64,000 nucleotides of DNA from Octopus sinensis (Eukaryota). Position 1 is the stretch's first letter, and the number at the start of each line of letters is the position of its first letter. The position numbers were made by a program, and so were the translations under genes. The notes under the pieces were generated by a model. It was not told the origin of the DNA, did no database searches, and worked only from the letters and a program-made list of their open reading frames with translations. The stretch covers positions 199,888,001-199,952,000 of the forward strand of contig NC_042997.1 of the NCBI RefSeq assembly GCF_006345805.1, read 5' to 3'. Shown in pieces: positions 37,536 through 50,490 of this stretch.

Positions 37536-38889
37536 CACATTTTGGATAATATACTCGATACAATATGCTTAACAAAAAGATGGTATGTTTACGGCGGGAA
37601 GACCTTTGATTTTAATATTTGCTTGAGCAATGCAACAATGCCACACCATATAAGGTGTTCCAGAATTAATTTGTTTCAATGAAAGTGAGCAAATTTTTTA
37701 AAGAACTGACAGAATTTTATGTTTATTATCAAAACAAATAGATTTATAAATCTTACATCAAACCTTTATTGAAAATTTTCAACATGTCTGTATCCCTGCA
37801 TACTTCAAATCTCTCCCCAGTGTTGTGAAACACATTTTAAAGCATTTCAGGAGTTAGGTCCTGCACTTCTAACTGAATATGTTCTTTAAGCTCAGCTAAA
37901 CAATTGCTTTGTCATGGGAATGGAGGTAAAGAAAATGGTTGTTGCCAAATTGAAAAAAGCTGTCATGGACAAATAAGAGGGGTCCAACAGGAATGAAAAT
38001 AAAATTATAAACAAAATTCAAAATTTATACACAAGAGAGCTTTAAAAAAAAATGCATCCAATTTCACTCAAATCATTGTTAATGCGACTAAACAGGGGAG
38101 GGAACACAGGTGGGGGGAACTAATTGCAGGTAGCAAATATAGCTTCTGGAAGTGGTCAAGCGATCAAACTCAAATGGCTGTGAATCACAACAGCAGTTTG
38201 ATTTTTTGTATGAACATTTTGTATTATATAGTTCAGACATGGATGACATAGAAAGCAGACATGCTGCTGGGCCATGCTGCGTTGCACAGGATTGGAAACG
38301 TGAAACATCAACAGGACACCTCTGAAGAATGGATGAATGGGTTTGTTGTGCCTTCATCCAGCCACACACGCATGCACATAGCCCAGTGGTACACGGGATG
38401 CTAACATGAAGCATCAACAGGGCACCGACAAAAATTTTAATGTTCTCCTCATTTCCTCTGCTAAACTGGACAAAAAGGTTTCCATGAAATATTATACACT
38501 ACTTATAATGCATAAGCAGCGTCAAGTGTCAATATTTTGAGTCAACAGCCATTCGAGGAGCCCGATTAATGTCTGTTGCAAATTTGGAGGAAAGCAACTG
38601 GACACTCAAGTTACAGGCATTAACACTGTGAAAATGCTTTAAAAAATGACATGTCAAACACACAGACAGACACACATCCTGTGTTTTATATCTGTATAGG
38701 TATACTGTCCTATGCTAAAGACAATATGAAGTTTGTTGAAGGGAATGTAGATATCATAATAAATCAAATGAAAATTTGTTTAGGTTTAAATATAAAACAC
38801 TGTTGCTTGCTCATAACATCTAAAATTAAATTAACCACTCAATATTTTTGTTTATTATTTCACTACCATGTTCATTACCTAGCTTTCAG

Positions 38890-39270
38890 TGTTTATCTTT
38901 TACTTGTTTCAGTCATTAGACTATGGCCATGCTGGGGCATCACCCTGAAGAGTTTTTAGTTGAATTAATCTATCCCAGTACATATTTTTCTTTTAAACCC
39001 AATACTTATTCTATCAGTCAGTTTTGCTGAACCACTAAGTTACAGGGACATAAACACACCAACACCAGTTGTCAAGCAATAGGCGACAAACAGACACACA
39101 TACACAACAAGCTTTTTTTCAGTTTCCATCTACCAAATCCACTCACAAAGTTTTGGTCAGCCTGGGGCTATAGTAGAAGACACTTGCCTAAGGTTCCACA
39201 CAGTGGAACTCAACCCAGAACCATGTGGTCGGGAGGTAATCTTCTTACTACACATCAACACCTGTTTCTC
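38890..39270 (-). mobile_element. SINE family 1, near full length
   Basis: Reverse complement of the family-1 head and body. Confidence 0.85.
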
Positions 39271-41719
39271 TAAGATGTTTCAATAAAAACACTGGACACC
39301 ATAATATCAGATGCCTTGAACAAGCAACAAAGTCAAATCAACCACCACATAGCATTTTTGTTTCTTCCAATTTCAATGCTACCTTCATTTCCATTGTTAA
39401 CTGCATTGTTTCTCTGAGACATTCCATTACCATAAAGTTGCCGATGCACCAGATTCTTGTCCCACATTTAGAAAATGTATGCAGAAACTTCTCTTTCCCA
39501 GAAGGGCTTTGCTTACAATGTAAAACACTTCCCTTCACATTGCATATGAACTCAAAGTAATTCTACCTTTAATCCAATAACTACAATATTTCCCTATGCA
39601 GCATACCAGTTTCTTTTGATACTGCTTTTACATGTATAAATATAAACGGATGAAATAAGCTGAAATATCTAAAGTTTTAAATCATTGCTTTATAATTTAA
39701 TTTCTACTAGGTTAAAAACTTAGATCTCTTTCAAAGGAGATCATTAAAATCTCCTAATAAGACTTCTATATCATTATCTTTTTACCTTCTCAGAGTAAAA
39801 GTTTTGCATTCTTTATATGCACATTTTCTTTGCAATTTAAAACACCTATAGAAGCAAGATATTCATACATGTAATTCTATGATATAAATTTTTATAACTG
39901 AGCTGATATGGTTATCTTTATAGCAATGTGGAATATCTTTTTATATACTTGCTATAAAAGAAAGCTTACTTTTCAGAAAAAAGAAAATGAATTTTGTAAC
40001 ATTGCATATAATATCATATAGCTTGGTATACAATTTCACACAAAATTATGGTTTCAAATAGAAAGACTAAAATAAAAAGACAGACTTGCTTTGTCTAAAA
40101 CCACAATTCAATATTAATGATTGATATGACAGCAAAACCAAAAAGAAAAATGCATTGTGATGATGTTCAACATGTCTAAAAATATAAAATTTACTAATTA
40201 GGATCAGAGGAAAAATGTATGTTGGATCATAATAAATATTATAGAAGGATTTTGTGTGGCAATCTTTTATCTCCAAATTCAATGCTTTGAAATAGCAATG
40301 AATAAATTGAATCTGTTGAAGATAAATGACATCAGAATGTGTGTTTATATAAGTGTATATGTATAGGCATGTATGTATGCTGGTGTGTGTGTGTGCAAAT
40401 ACCTAAGCATGGATATATACACATATATACGGACACACATACATATATATACATGTGCATGCATGTATATGCACACAAACATATATAAGATATTAACAAA
40501 AGTGGAGTACAAATAATTTTTTTTTTTCAGTTTACTATGACAGCACAAAAGAAATATCTTAACAGATGAAAATATGCTGCATCATAGAATACACAATGAT
40601 TCCTTCATATTTCTTATCTATAAAGAAAACGAAACAAAAATATCTCTGAAGAGAAGCTTTCCTGCACAAATTTGACTACAAAGAAATAACAATCTTTGAT
40701 TATTTTCATATGTAATAATAACATTCCAACACATTTAAGTTCCATTTAGACATATTTCTTGAATACATAAATATACTGCATTCATTGATTGCGAGATAAA
40801 ACATTCTCGGAGATATAATGCTATATTATTATTATTATTAACTTAAAACTTATCAGTCACCAAAGCCCAAATCAGAAGAAAACTAAACAATGAGTCAGTA
40901 TTTATTAGCAGTTTGCATCTTTTCATTCACTCAGTAATAATTTGATTCTCTGACAGAAAATTATTTATCTTCCCTACTGATTTCAATTGATAGCTTTACT
41001 CTCGAGTGAATGTCAGTAATGTTCAGAAAAGATAGTTTCATTGTACTAAAAGTTTAGTTTCTTGTCTATGAGAAGATTCAGTGCCAAACTCATTAGTTAG
41101 TTTATTCAGAAAGAAAGTCAAAACACAGCTGCATATTTATTTAAATCAAAGTAGTAGATAAATCTGAGGTTAATTATAAAGGATGAACATAATGTTCAAT
41201 AGATTTGAAAGCAATTAGTTTTTGTTGCCTTCTCCTTCATTCATTCATCAAATATCTACGAACATCAAAATAAATGGTTGAATACATGTCAGCTGGGAAC
41301 CATGTAATGAACTACTACTGACGTAAGTTATTGACTCGTATAGCAAACACATCTTTTAAGGAATATAATTGCCAACTAACTTAACAATAAGCACAAATAC
41401 CTAAGTGTTCCAACCAATATCTAATCAAATAAATTATGCCCCGTTACAGAAATGTGATAATCACTGGAAATATGAGAAATTGGCATTGAAACCATTATAG
41501 GGAATTTTTTATTGAGTGAACTAACATGCTAACTTAACAAATACATTTTGCATCGAATAGAAAAGTACTTATTATTATTTCAGAAAAGAAATGTAAAAGC
41601 GTTCACTTGTAAAGAAATTGATGTTGGCCAATTGGTTAATATGGTTAAAATGTTTGTATTGCTATCACAAGATTCCCGGTTCAATTCTACTCTGCTGAAC
41701 TGTAGAAGCTTGTTTCTCC

Positions 41720-42420
41720 TCCCCTTCCCCACTCAGCCAACTGGGTCCCACTTCTTATAGACATACCCTCTCATTCTAACCAACATCACCCCACTTATCT
41801 TTACCATCATCCACATAAACCTGTTTTATCTGTCTCCCACTCTTCCCCAATCTCTTGCAATCTTTAAATACCACCACCACCTCTTCATCTTCCTATCACT
41901 CAATCCTGCCAATATTCTTCTATCTTCCATATCATTCTGCTGCTGCAATGGAAGCAAAACCTTTTACAAAAAAATCATTTCATATCACCATTTCACATCA
42001 TAATTTCTATATTACCAATCACCACACCTTCCTCCTTGAGCTACTTTCATTTAACATCTGTCCATTCTTGCCATCCTTCTACTCTTATTTACTATCAATC
42101 ATCCATGTTCACCATTCACGACATTCACCTCTTGTATACACCTGACCACCTCCATACCATGTTTATAGTAATCTCTCACTCTAACATGCTTGCAACCTTA
42201 CCGACTCCTGCTGATTCTCCTATCATTTATGCTCTCTTCCAGTCACCATTTTATATATGTTACCATGTGGATATGTTCTGACATCTAATGACCAACATAT
42301 TTACCTCTCTCTGTGACACCACTGCAACCAAACCAACCTACCCATGTAGAATCCCAAGTAGCCACGGAACTCCCCCACAACAAACCGGTCCCTACTCCCA
42401 CCATTATGCACTTCACATAA
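41720..42420 (-). mobile_element. RTE LINE endonuclease/linker fragment, highly decayed
   Basis: IIVGEFRGYLG resembles GGDLNGHVG; HMVTY resembles HLITY. Confidence 0.4.
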
Positions 42421-42821
42421 AGTACTTCTTCACATCATTCTCCTTTTCAAGCAAGGAGGCTCTTTAGTCTTGTGAGTTACAAGGCAACTTCAATAAAAAA
42501 AAATCTTGGTATATTCTATAAAGTGGTTGGCATATAGAAACTGTGCCAAAACTGAGACACTGGAGCAAGATATGGTCCTCCAAACTTTTGGTTCCTGTCT
42601 AACTGATCAAACCATGATAGCATGGACAGCAGGTGTAAAAAATGATTCTTAAGATATATAAACTCAGTGAGATATAATGCATTTAACATTTGTTACATAT
42701 TCCATACTAGAATATTCAAAATCTATCATTTAAATAATTATTAGTTGCTGACTAAAAAAAAAAGGAAAATACTACAGTATGGTAAGTAAACAATGTATGT
42801 ACGTATAAAGAGAGAGAGAGA

Positions 42822-42861
<40 letters not shown>

Positions 42862-42864
42862 AAT

Positions 42865-43083
42865 AAAAAATGGAGTTAACGCAGGTCTATTAACAGTAAG
42901 GTGAGTACGAAGTTTATCCAGTTTGATATTTCCAATTTTTATTCGTCTATTAATCCAATAGTACTTAATAAGGCACTTTGGCTTGCTCATAACAAAGCTG
43001 GTCTCACCCGAGAAGAAATTAATGTTGTGTTGGCAGCCAGAAGATCTATTATAAACAAGGAGTTACAACATCTTTACTTGTGA
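42865..43083 (+). mobile_element. Penelope-like element RT fragment
   Basis: KFIQFDISNFYSSINPIVLNKAL..EEINVVLAARRSII matches the PLE RT pattern FIQFDI.EFYPSI..L.KAL. Confidence 0.85.
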
Positions 43084-43171
43084 GATTTTTGCTGCCCTGG
43101 TAACTATTCATTCATTTATCCATGTTAATTGTTAACAAGGTAAAATACACTCATCTATTTATATATATATA

Positions 43172-43207
<36 letters not shown>

Positions 43208-43212
<5 letters not shown>

Positions 43213-43405
43213 ATCCAAACAAGAAAGCACAAAAAACACAACAACGCGAGGACGTGGAACAAATATAGTATTATTGGACGCTCAGGAAAGAAGGAGGGTT
43301 TAACATTTCAAGCGGAGCTCTTCGTCGGAGACATAGGAGAAGGAAAGATCCATAGAAGGGAAGACAGGAAAAAAAATCACAAACAGTACACACGAGGTCA
43401 CATTT
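43208..43405 (-). mobile_element. Penelope-like terminal repeat (pLTR) fragment
   Basis: (TA)n-flanked block beside the PLE RT piece; carries a hammerhead-like motif. Confidence 0.6.
43298..43332 (-). ncRNA. Minimal type I hammerhead-ribozyme-like motif
   Basis: Minus strand: GTCT CCGACGAA GAGC TCC GCTT GAAAT GTT AAAC (stem I, core, stem II, GAAA, minimal stem III, stem I'). Confidence 0.55.
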
Positions 43406-43424
43406 TATGTATATATATATGGTT

Positions 43425-43790
43425 TTGTTCTAAGAAGCTTGCTTCCAAACAATGTGGTTTCAGGTTCAATCGTATTGTGTGGCACCTTGAACAGTTGTTT
43501 CTGTGACCCCATCACAACCAGGGCTTTGTGTTGGTAAATGGAAACAGGAGAAGTCTACTGTATATGTGTGTGTCCTTGTCTTTATGTCACATGACAGTTG
43601 TAAACAAGAGTCACTGTCATTCACACAATGTTCTTTGTTTCCAATCTTCTGTGTAAACATGTCTAGTCATGGGAAACATTTACCTTGCTTGAAAACAAAT
43701 GAAGGTCAATGACAGAAAAGGCAGCCAATCAGAGAATCTACATGAACAGATTCTGTCAGACCCATGTGAAAAGAAAAGTTAAAATAATGA
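43425..43790 (+). mobile_element. SINE family 1 (RTE-tail body)
   Basis: AAGAAGCTTGCTTCC head; GGAAACATTTACCTTGCTTG..AGAATCTAC tail. Confidence 0.75.
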
Positions 43791-44393
43791 TTTTTAGATC
43801 CAAACCGAGAGAGATGAGTAAAGAAAATAAAAAAAGAAGTGTCACTGCAGTTCAACAACAAAACAGAACATTAAAAGCATTATCAAAACTAATGACAAAT
43901 GATATCAATAAAAAACAGATCAAAATATGCATAGTAAAGATGGAAAACATCAGCAGTGAAAATAGTATCAACAATATCAATAACAATATTGTAGCAGGTA
44001 TAAAACTCAATATAATAAGGAAAGTAGCTACAGTGACAACCAACCAAATCAGATCCAAACATGAAAACAAACAATTGCTATTTACTTTGTCCTCTGTATA
44101 TATAAATCTGAAAACGAAAGCTCAAAGACACAGCTAATGGTTAGAAATTTGTTGAGGCACTAGATTTGAATAGCATAGCGGACAATTAGAAATTCCTTTG
44201 GGAGAACTTACTCTGAGCTACAGACCGATTCTATGATTGGTGTAAAGTTCTGGCCAGACTGCAAGTGAAGTGGTAGAACAGTGAAGTAGATGAAGCTATA
44301 AAAGCTAAAAGACATCCTGGAAAAAACTGGAAATATGGTAGCAGCTGAGAATTGTATCAAGTACCCAGAAGAAAAGCTAGGCAACAGCTTTAA

Positions 44394-44620
44394 CCCTTTA
44401 GTGTTCAGATTATTCTCTCAAATGTGATGTTTGTTTATTTATATTGTTTTGAATTAATCATGTATTATCTTGTAGTTTAGAAATTGCAGTGATGTGGGTT
44501 TTTTAGTTTTAGAATGACATGGTAGGGCTGAGGTAAGAGGCAAGCTCTGGTCAGTTTCAATATAAAACAGGTTAAATATTCTGGCCGGATATGGCCGGTT
44601 TGAATGCTAAATATATAGGG
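44394..44620. mobile_element. piggyBac-type MITE
   Basis: TTAA|CCCTTTAGTGTTCAG at the left end and TGAATGCTAA..AGGG|TTA at the right end. Confidence 0.6.
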
Positions 44621-44979
44621 TTATATAGAAAATGGAGAAGCAGAAAGTAGATTTGCCAATATTTTACAATGTTTTTTTACAGTTATGACAGTCTGTTAAA
44701 CATGGAGAATGTTTGAGACACAGAGGGTCTTCTTAGCAAAGAATTAAGTTCTACTAAGAAAGAAAACAGAAACTCTCTCCCAATCAAATAGAAGAGAGTT
44801 CTCAATATGTAGGAAAAATATAAGAGGGAATTCTATACAATCTATAGAATTCACTGTGCAAGCTACGGACACACAAGACATGCAGTGGAATCACAGGTAG
44901 GTTAACAGAAAATGTATTCTTTGTATGTGGAAGAAGCACAGGAACAATAAACACTAAGGAGATATGGGGAAGATTTTCT

Positions 44980-45460
44980 CAAATGCCATGGAGGCTCTTT
45001 AAAGAGTTTCTGTGATTTAGAAAACCTAATTAGCAGTGGAGGACGATGTTCTGAAAGTATTGTTGAGGGAATAAGAATAGGTTGGAAGAAGTTCAGAAAG
45101 CTACTACCTCTGTTGGCAATAAATTTCTCTCTCTCTTGTTCTTTCATAAAAATTAGGCAGATTATATAACGTTTGTGTGTGAACAGCAATACTACATGGT
45201 AGTCAGACTTGGGCCCTGAATGCAGAGAACATGTGAAGATTAGAAAAGAATGAAGCTAGTATGCTCATGTGCAAGATCAGTGTGTATAGTTAATCGACTA
45301 CGTGCATATATTTAGAGAGAAAAATTAGGCACAAGAGGAATCAGATGTAGCATGCAAGAGAGAAGACTGCACTAGTTTGGTCATGTGATACATATGGATG
45401 AGGATAGCTGTATAATGAAGTGCCAATCACTTGAAATTTATGGGACTTGTGGCATTGGTA
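44980..45460 (+). mobile_element. RTE LINE ORF2 fragment
   Basis: LISSGGRCSESIVEGIRIGWKKFRKLLPLLA..TWALNAE..LEKNEASM..MDEDSCI. Confidence 0.8.
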
Positions 45461-45729
45461 ATTGACTATGTGGCAAAAGTGAGTTCCTAAAATCATTGTT
45501 TTTACAGAAACTTTCTTCTTGCTCTCACTATCAAAACCGCACCAATTAAACCATTGGCAGCCTGTAACATATAATATTATAGTTCACTTACTGCTATATA
45601 AAGTAAATCTACAATAATGTAGAAATCTGCTTATTAATTAGTTTGGAGTATATAACTTTTACTAGAATAAACCAATTGTTGGAGACAAAACTCTAGAAAA
45701 TTCTTATAAAGCATCCACTTGACTTCTAG

Positions 45730-45873
45730 AGTGGTTGGCATTAGGATGGGCATCCAGCCATAGAAACCATGCCAAATCAGATTGGAACCTGGTGCAGCTC
45801 CCTGGCTTACCAGTTTTCAGTCAAACTGTCCAACCCATGCCAGCATAGAAAACAGACATATGATGGTGATGAT
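45730..45873 (+). mobile_element. RTE LINE 3' tail
   Basis: GGTTGGCATTAGGATGGGCATCCAGCC..CCCATGCCAGCATAGAAAACAGAC..GATGATG. Confidence 0.8.
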
Positions 45874-46809
45874 GAGCACTTCTTTTTAATCAAACAGTGG
45901 TTTTCAACATACTTTTATTCTTGAAAATTTCAGCATGATTCAACTTTAATTCACAGTAACAGAAAACTTTACAGTGAGATATATTTTCTTTTAACATCTT
46001 ACTCTCTTCACTCTTTCTTTCCATTCCTTTTCTTTTTTACCATTTCTATTTCTCTTAACTTTGGCTCCTCGTTCTTATTCTCATTTTTTTCCCTTGCAAT
46101 TGCATCTCTTTCTCAACTACATCTATTCAATTTTTTTCACTAAAAATACCTGAATACAAAGATTTTCTTTTTGTTTATTGCCTCTTTTTTTTTTTTAGTC
46201 TCTCACCACCTCTATTCTTATAAGTCTGCTCTTCTCTTATTCTGTCTTATCCTCATTGTTACATTTACTTTCTTCCTCTCTTTAAATTAGTTCTTTTCCA
46301 TTAAAACTCTCTCTCTCTATCTCTCTATCTCTATCTCTCTCTCTCTCTATCTCTATCTCTATAAAACTGCCCAGAGGGTGGTGTTTCTGCCAGTACAAAT
46401 GAATAAGCCAAGTCACCAATTTCTCCCCTAAAATCTAAATGATATAATACCATAGTCAATAAAATCCAGAAGCAAAATTTGGACAATGCTATACTAATAC
46501 AAAGAAATTATCCAGGCACCAACATAATGTAAAACTTGTAGCATTATAAACAAAGAAAGGATAAAAATCTTCCTGATATATTTTTCATAAAATGGGAAAG
46601 ATGAAATTATGTTTAACTGGAGTAGCCACAGGGCTTACTTTTTCCTTTGCTAACGCAAGCAGAAATATTTGTTGGATTCTGCAATCCTCAATTATTTAAA
46701 TAATTCCCTTAAGGTAGCCTCAACAATACTACACTAATTTCATTTTGTTGCAAATACAAGTACTTGATTCATGTTTTGGTAGCATTGGTTATATTACAAA
46801 AAAGCAATA

Positions 46810-47200
46810 AATAAAACTGCTATAGTTTAAGACCTAAAAACTTTCTAACTGCATGATTCTGAGTTCATTCCCACTGTGTAGCACCTTGGGCAAGTGTCTT
46901 CTACTATAGCCTCAATCCAGCTAAAGACTTGTGAGTGGATTTGGTACATAGAAACTGAAAGAAAATTGTGTGTGTGTGTGTGTGTGTGCGCCTGTCCATG
47001 TTTGTCCCCCACCACTGCTTGACAAGTGTTGGTGTGTTTATGTACCCATAACTTAGCAGTTCAGCAAAAGAGATTGATAGAATAAGTAACAGGTTTAAGA
47101 AAAAAAAGTTCTGAGATCAATTAATCCAACTAAAATTCTTCAAGGTGATGCCCCAGCATGGCCATATTTTAATGACTGAAACAAGTAAAAGATAAAATAC
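46810..47200 (+). mobile_element. SINE family 1
   Basis: Family-1 body with (GT)n and a GACTGAAACAAGTAAAAGA end. Confidence 0.85.
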
Positions 47201-47484
47201 TATAAAGTGTAATTTTAAAATTAGAGTTTCTGTATTTCCAAGGCTGGCCTTTAAAAAGGTTTTTAAACAAAATAAGCTGAACAAAAATTACCCATATATT
47301 CAAAGGTAGCAACAATTGTGATTTCAATATCTACTATGATGTCTGTTTTCTCAAAATTTCAACAGCATTTCAGGTTCACCAACAATGAAAATATCTAAGT
47401 TTAATATTTATTCCACCATCAAGAAGAGCCATTCAATAATTAGTATTTATTCCCAAGATCTAAAGCACAAAAGCTTAATTTAGG

Positions 47485-47850
47485 CACAAGTGTGGCTGTG
47501 TGGTGGGAAGTTGGCTTCTGAATCACATGGTTCCGAGTTCAGTCCCAGTACAAAGCACCTTGGGCAAGTATCTTTCAGAATAGCTTTGGGCTGACCAAAG
47601 CCTTGACAGCGGATTTGGTAGATGGAAACTGAAAGAAACCTGTCATGTGTATTGTGTGAATGTGCATGTAAAAGTCTTTATGTTTGTATTTGTCCCTCAG
47701 CATCATTTGACAACTGATGTTGAGCAGTTCAGCAAGAGAGACCAATACAAAATGTACAAGGCTTCAAAGGAATTGGGGCCAATTCCTTCCACTGCAATTT
47801 ATCAAGGCAGTGCCCTAGCATGGCCACATTCTTATGACTGTAAAAAGTAA
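47485..47850 (+). mobile_element. SINE family 1
   Basis: GTGGCTGTGTGG A box, GAGTTCAGTCCC B box. Confidence 0.8.
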
Positions 47851-48061
47851 AACTTTATGTATCCCACCTTAATGGGCTCGCCTTGCTCACTACGCATTGT
47901 CTCAATGTATTCCAACCAACTCAGTGCATTCCCCCACCCACATCCATCTCCATTCCCCTCTAATAGCCTTTTCAGTGTAATAGAGCAAGAGAATAGCAAG
48001 TCCTAATTAAGTTTCCTGCTCAAAAGCTTTTGAGATAGGTACCATCTCACTTCAACGACAA

Positions 48062-49146
48062 TAGGCGCAGGCATGGTTGTATGGTAAGAAGCTTGCTTCC
48101 CAACCACATGGTTCCGGGTTCAGTCCAGCAGTGAAATATGGGCCATGAATGTTGAGGACATGTGTAGGCTTGAAAGAAATGAAACTAGTATGATCTTTTG
48201 GGTGTATAATGTCAGTGTGTAAGCGCCAGAGTGTAAGCACCCTGAGAGAAAAGCTAGGCGTAAGAAGCATCAAATGTGGTGTGCAAGAAAGGCGACTCTG
48301 CTAGTATGGCCATGTGTTATGTATGAATGAAGACAGCTGTGTGAGGAAGTGCCACTCCCTAACTGTGGAAGGAACCTGTGGAAGAGGTAGACCCAGGAAG
48401 ACATGGAATGAGGTGGTGAAGCATGACCTTCAAACATTGGGCCTCACAGAGACAATGACAGGAGACTAGGACTTTTGGAGATATGCTGTGATTGAGAAGA
48501 CTTGGCATCTAAAGTGAGATTGCAGCTACGCATATCCGGCCCTGTTAAGAGTACCCCTGATGTGTCAGACAATATGATATGCTTGAAAAGACCTGTTGAG
48601 TCAAGTAAAACCAATATCGTAGCTGGGGTCAGAGCCCTTGAGTATAATGCACCATCTGAATGTGGTTGGTGCCAGGTCTGCCTGACTGGCTCCTGTGCCG
48701 GTGGCACATAGAAAGCACCAACCTATTGTGACAGTTGCCAGTACCCTGACTGGTTCCTGTGCTGGTGGCACGTAAAAAGCACCCACTACACTCTCAGAGT
48801 GGTTGGCGTTAGGAAGGGCATCCAACTGTAGAAACATTGCCAGATCAGATTGGAGCCTGGTGCAGCCACTGGCTCCCCAGACCTCAGTCAAACCATCTAA
48901 CCCATGCCAGCATGGAAAATGGCCGTTAAACAATGATGATATACATAATATTGAGTTTGTCTTTCTCTCTGCCATCACTTAACAACTGATGCTGGTGTGT
49001 TTATGTCCCAGTAACTTAACAGTTTAACAAAAGAAACCAATCAGATAAGTACTAGGCTTACAATGAATAAGTCCTGAGGTCAATTTCCTTTAAGGTGGTG
49101 CTCCAGCATGGCTGCAGTCAAAAGAATGAAACAAAAGAATAAAAGA
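48062..49146 (+). mobile_element. SINE family 1 split by a 5'-truncated RTE LINE (about 48129-48940)
   Basis: SINE head 48062-48128; RTE ORF2 end (..EGTCGRGRPRKTWNEVVKHDL..), UTR and (GAT)n tail; SINE 3' body resumes at about 48955. Confidence 0.85.
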
Positions 49147-50149
49147 ACTGTCCCAGCTCAACTTTTGGCTTCCAGTCTTGTGCCATTGTTTACAGGCCAG
49201 AGGAAGCAATTCTGACTACCAAATTTAGTTTCTTCCTAGCCTTGATAAAAACTTAGTCTACTTTGCTTGCAACAGCTAATCCCATTACAGATGCTGTTTA
49301 CTAGTGCACCAGTAGTAGCACTCCTTACCCAAAGGTTTCAGACACCCTACTTCAATGAAAATTAAAAGATATATTAACATATAGAAAAGCACACTATAGA
49401 TAAAAAAAAATATTCAGAGTTGTCATCATACTACTTTAATTAATTTTAATTAAATCCTGCTGTTACCTGCCCTGCCTTGCATGACCAAAGTTAGTCATTA
49501 AAACAATGATTTGTTCTCAATGCTATGGATGCAAATTTGATTAATTAAAATTTCTTGGTTTGCCACATTAAGTATATTAGCACAAACTTTAATCTTGCTC
49601 AATTCCAATAAATTTACCATAAATTTTTTAAAAATTATTTTGTTTACTTTGTTCAGATACTGGTTGCATTGATTCTATTGTAAATGACAAAAAAATATAT
49701 ACATATGTATATAGGATTAACAGAACTTATTTCTAAAAGCATGAATTGATAATTGTTAAAATTGCTTTAAGAAGTCAGTACAATGCAAATTGGAAATAAA
49801 GGGGTGAAAACAGAAGTAAATTAAAACAATGGCTTACTTTACACTTCTACTTTATATTCTAATATAAGTGAAAATGGAGGATGGTGAAAAGCTAGTATCT
49901 TTTTCAAAGTGTGTTGTTGTACTAAGCTATAGTTTTTCTAACTTATGAAGTTACTTATTTAAAATTTTCATCACCATACATTTCTCATTCTCCTCACAAC
50001 CTGACTTTTTCTCCACTTGCGCTCATGCAACCTTCTCCTACTCACATTTCTTCCTTTCATCCTTCTCCTGTCTGGTGTATTATTATCCTGCTGTTGTTCA
50101 CATTCCTACACACTAACTTCCACTCCTCCTGACCTTCTTCAATTCATGT

Positions 50150-50490
50150 ATCATTGATTGCCCCTCCATCATTCACTACATTCACCCCTATACCTTTCCC
50201 AATCTCTTCATTTATTCGCCCCTATCTTATCATTGACTCCACTCACCTTGTTCATTATTCAGTATATTCACTACCCTCCACCTTTGTCAACCAACCTTCA
50301 CTCTCTCCATACAATCTTGAGGCTTCTACCCAGTTTCCCTTGTCACCACAGACTTGTCTCTCTCTCCAACTCCACACTGAGTACTGCCATCCACTTTTGT
50401 ATGAGATCAGCCAAAGAAACTTGCTCCATCCCCTTCCATCTTACTCTAACCCTTCATCACCAAGCATATAACTGTCTTTCTCTCTAGTGT
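50150..50490 (-). mobile_element. RTE-like endonuclease fragment, highly decayed
   Basis: Weak similarity to the GVG..DRI..IG..VNV region of AP endonucleases. Confidence 0.3.

Noticed and set aside
43709-44137. 142-aa N/K/I-rich ORF
   Set aside because: Starts in a SINE tail and continues through low-complexity AAC/AAT-rich DNA; no domain or splice support.
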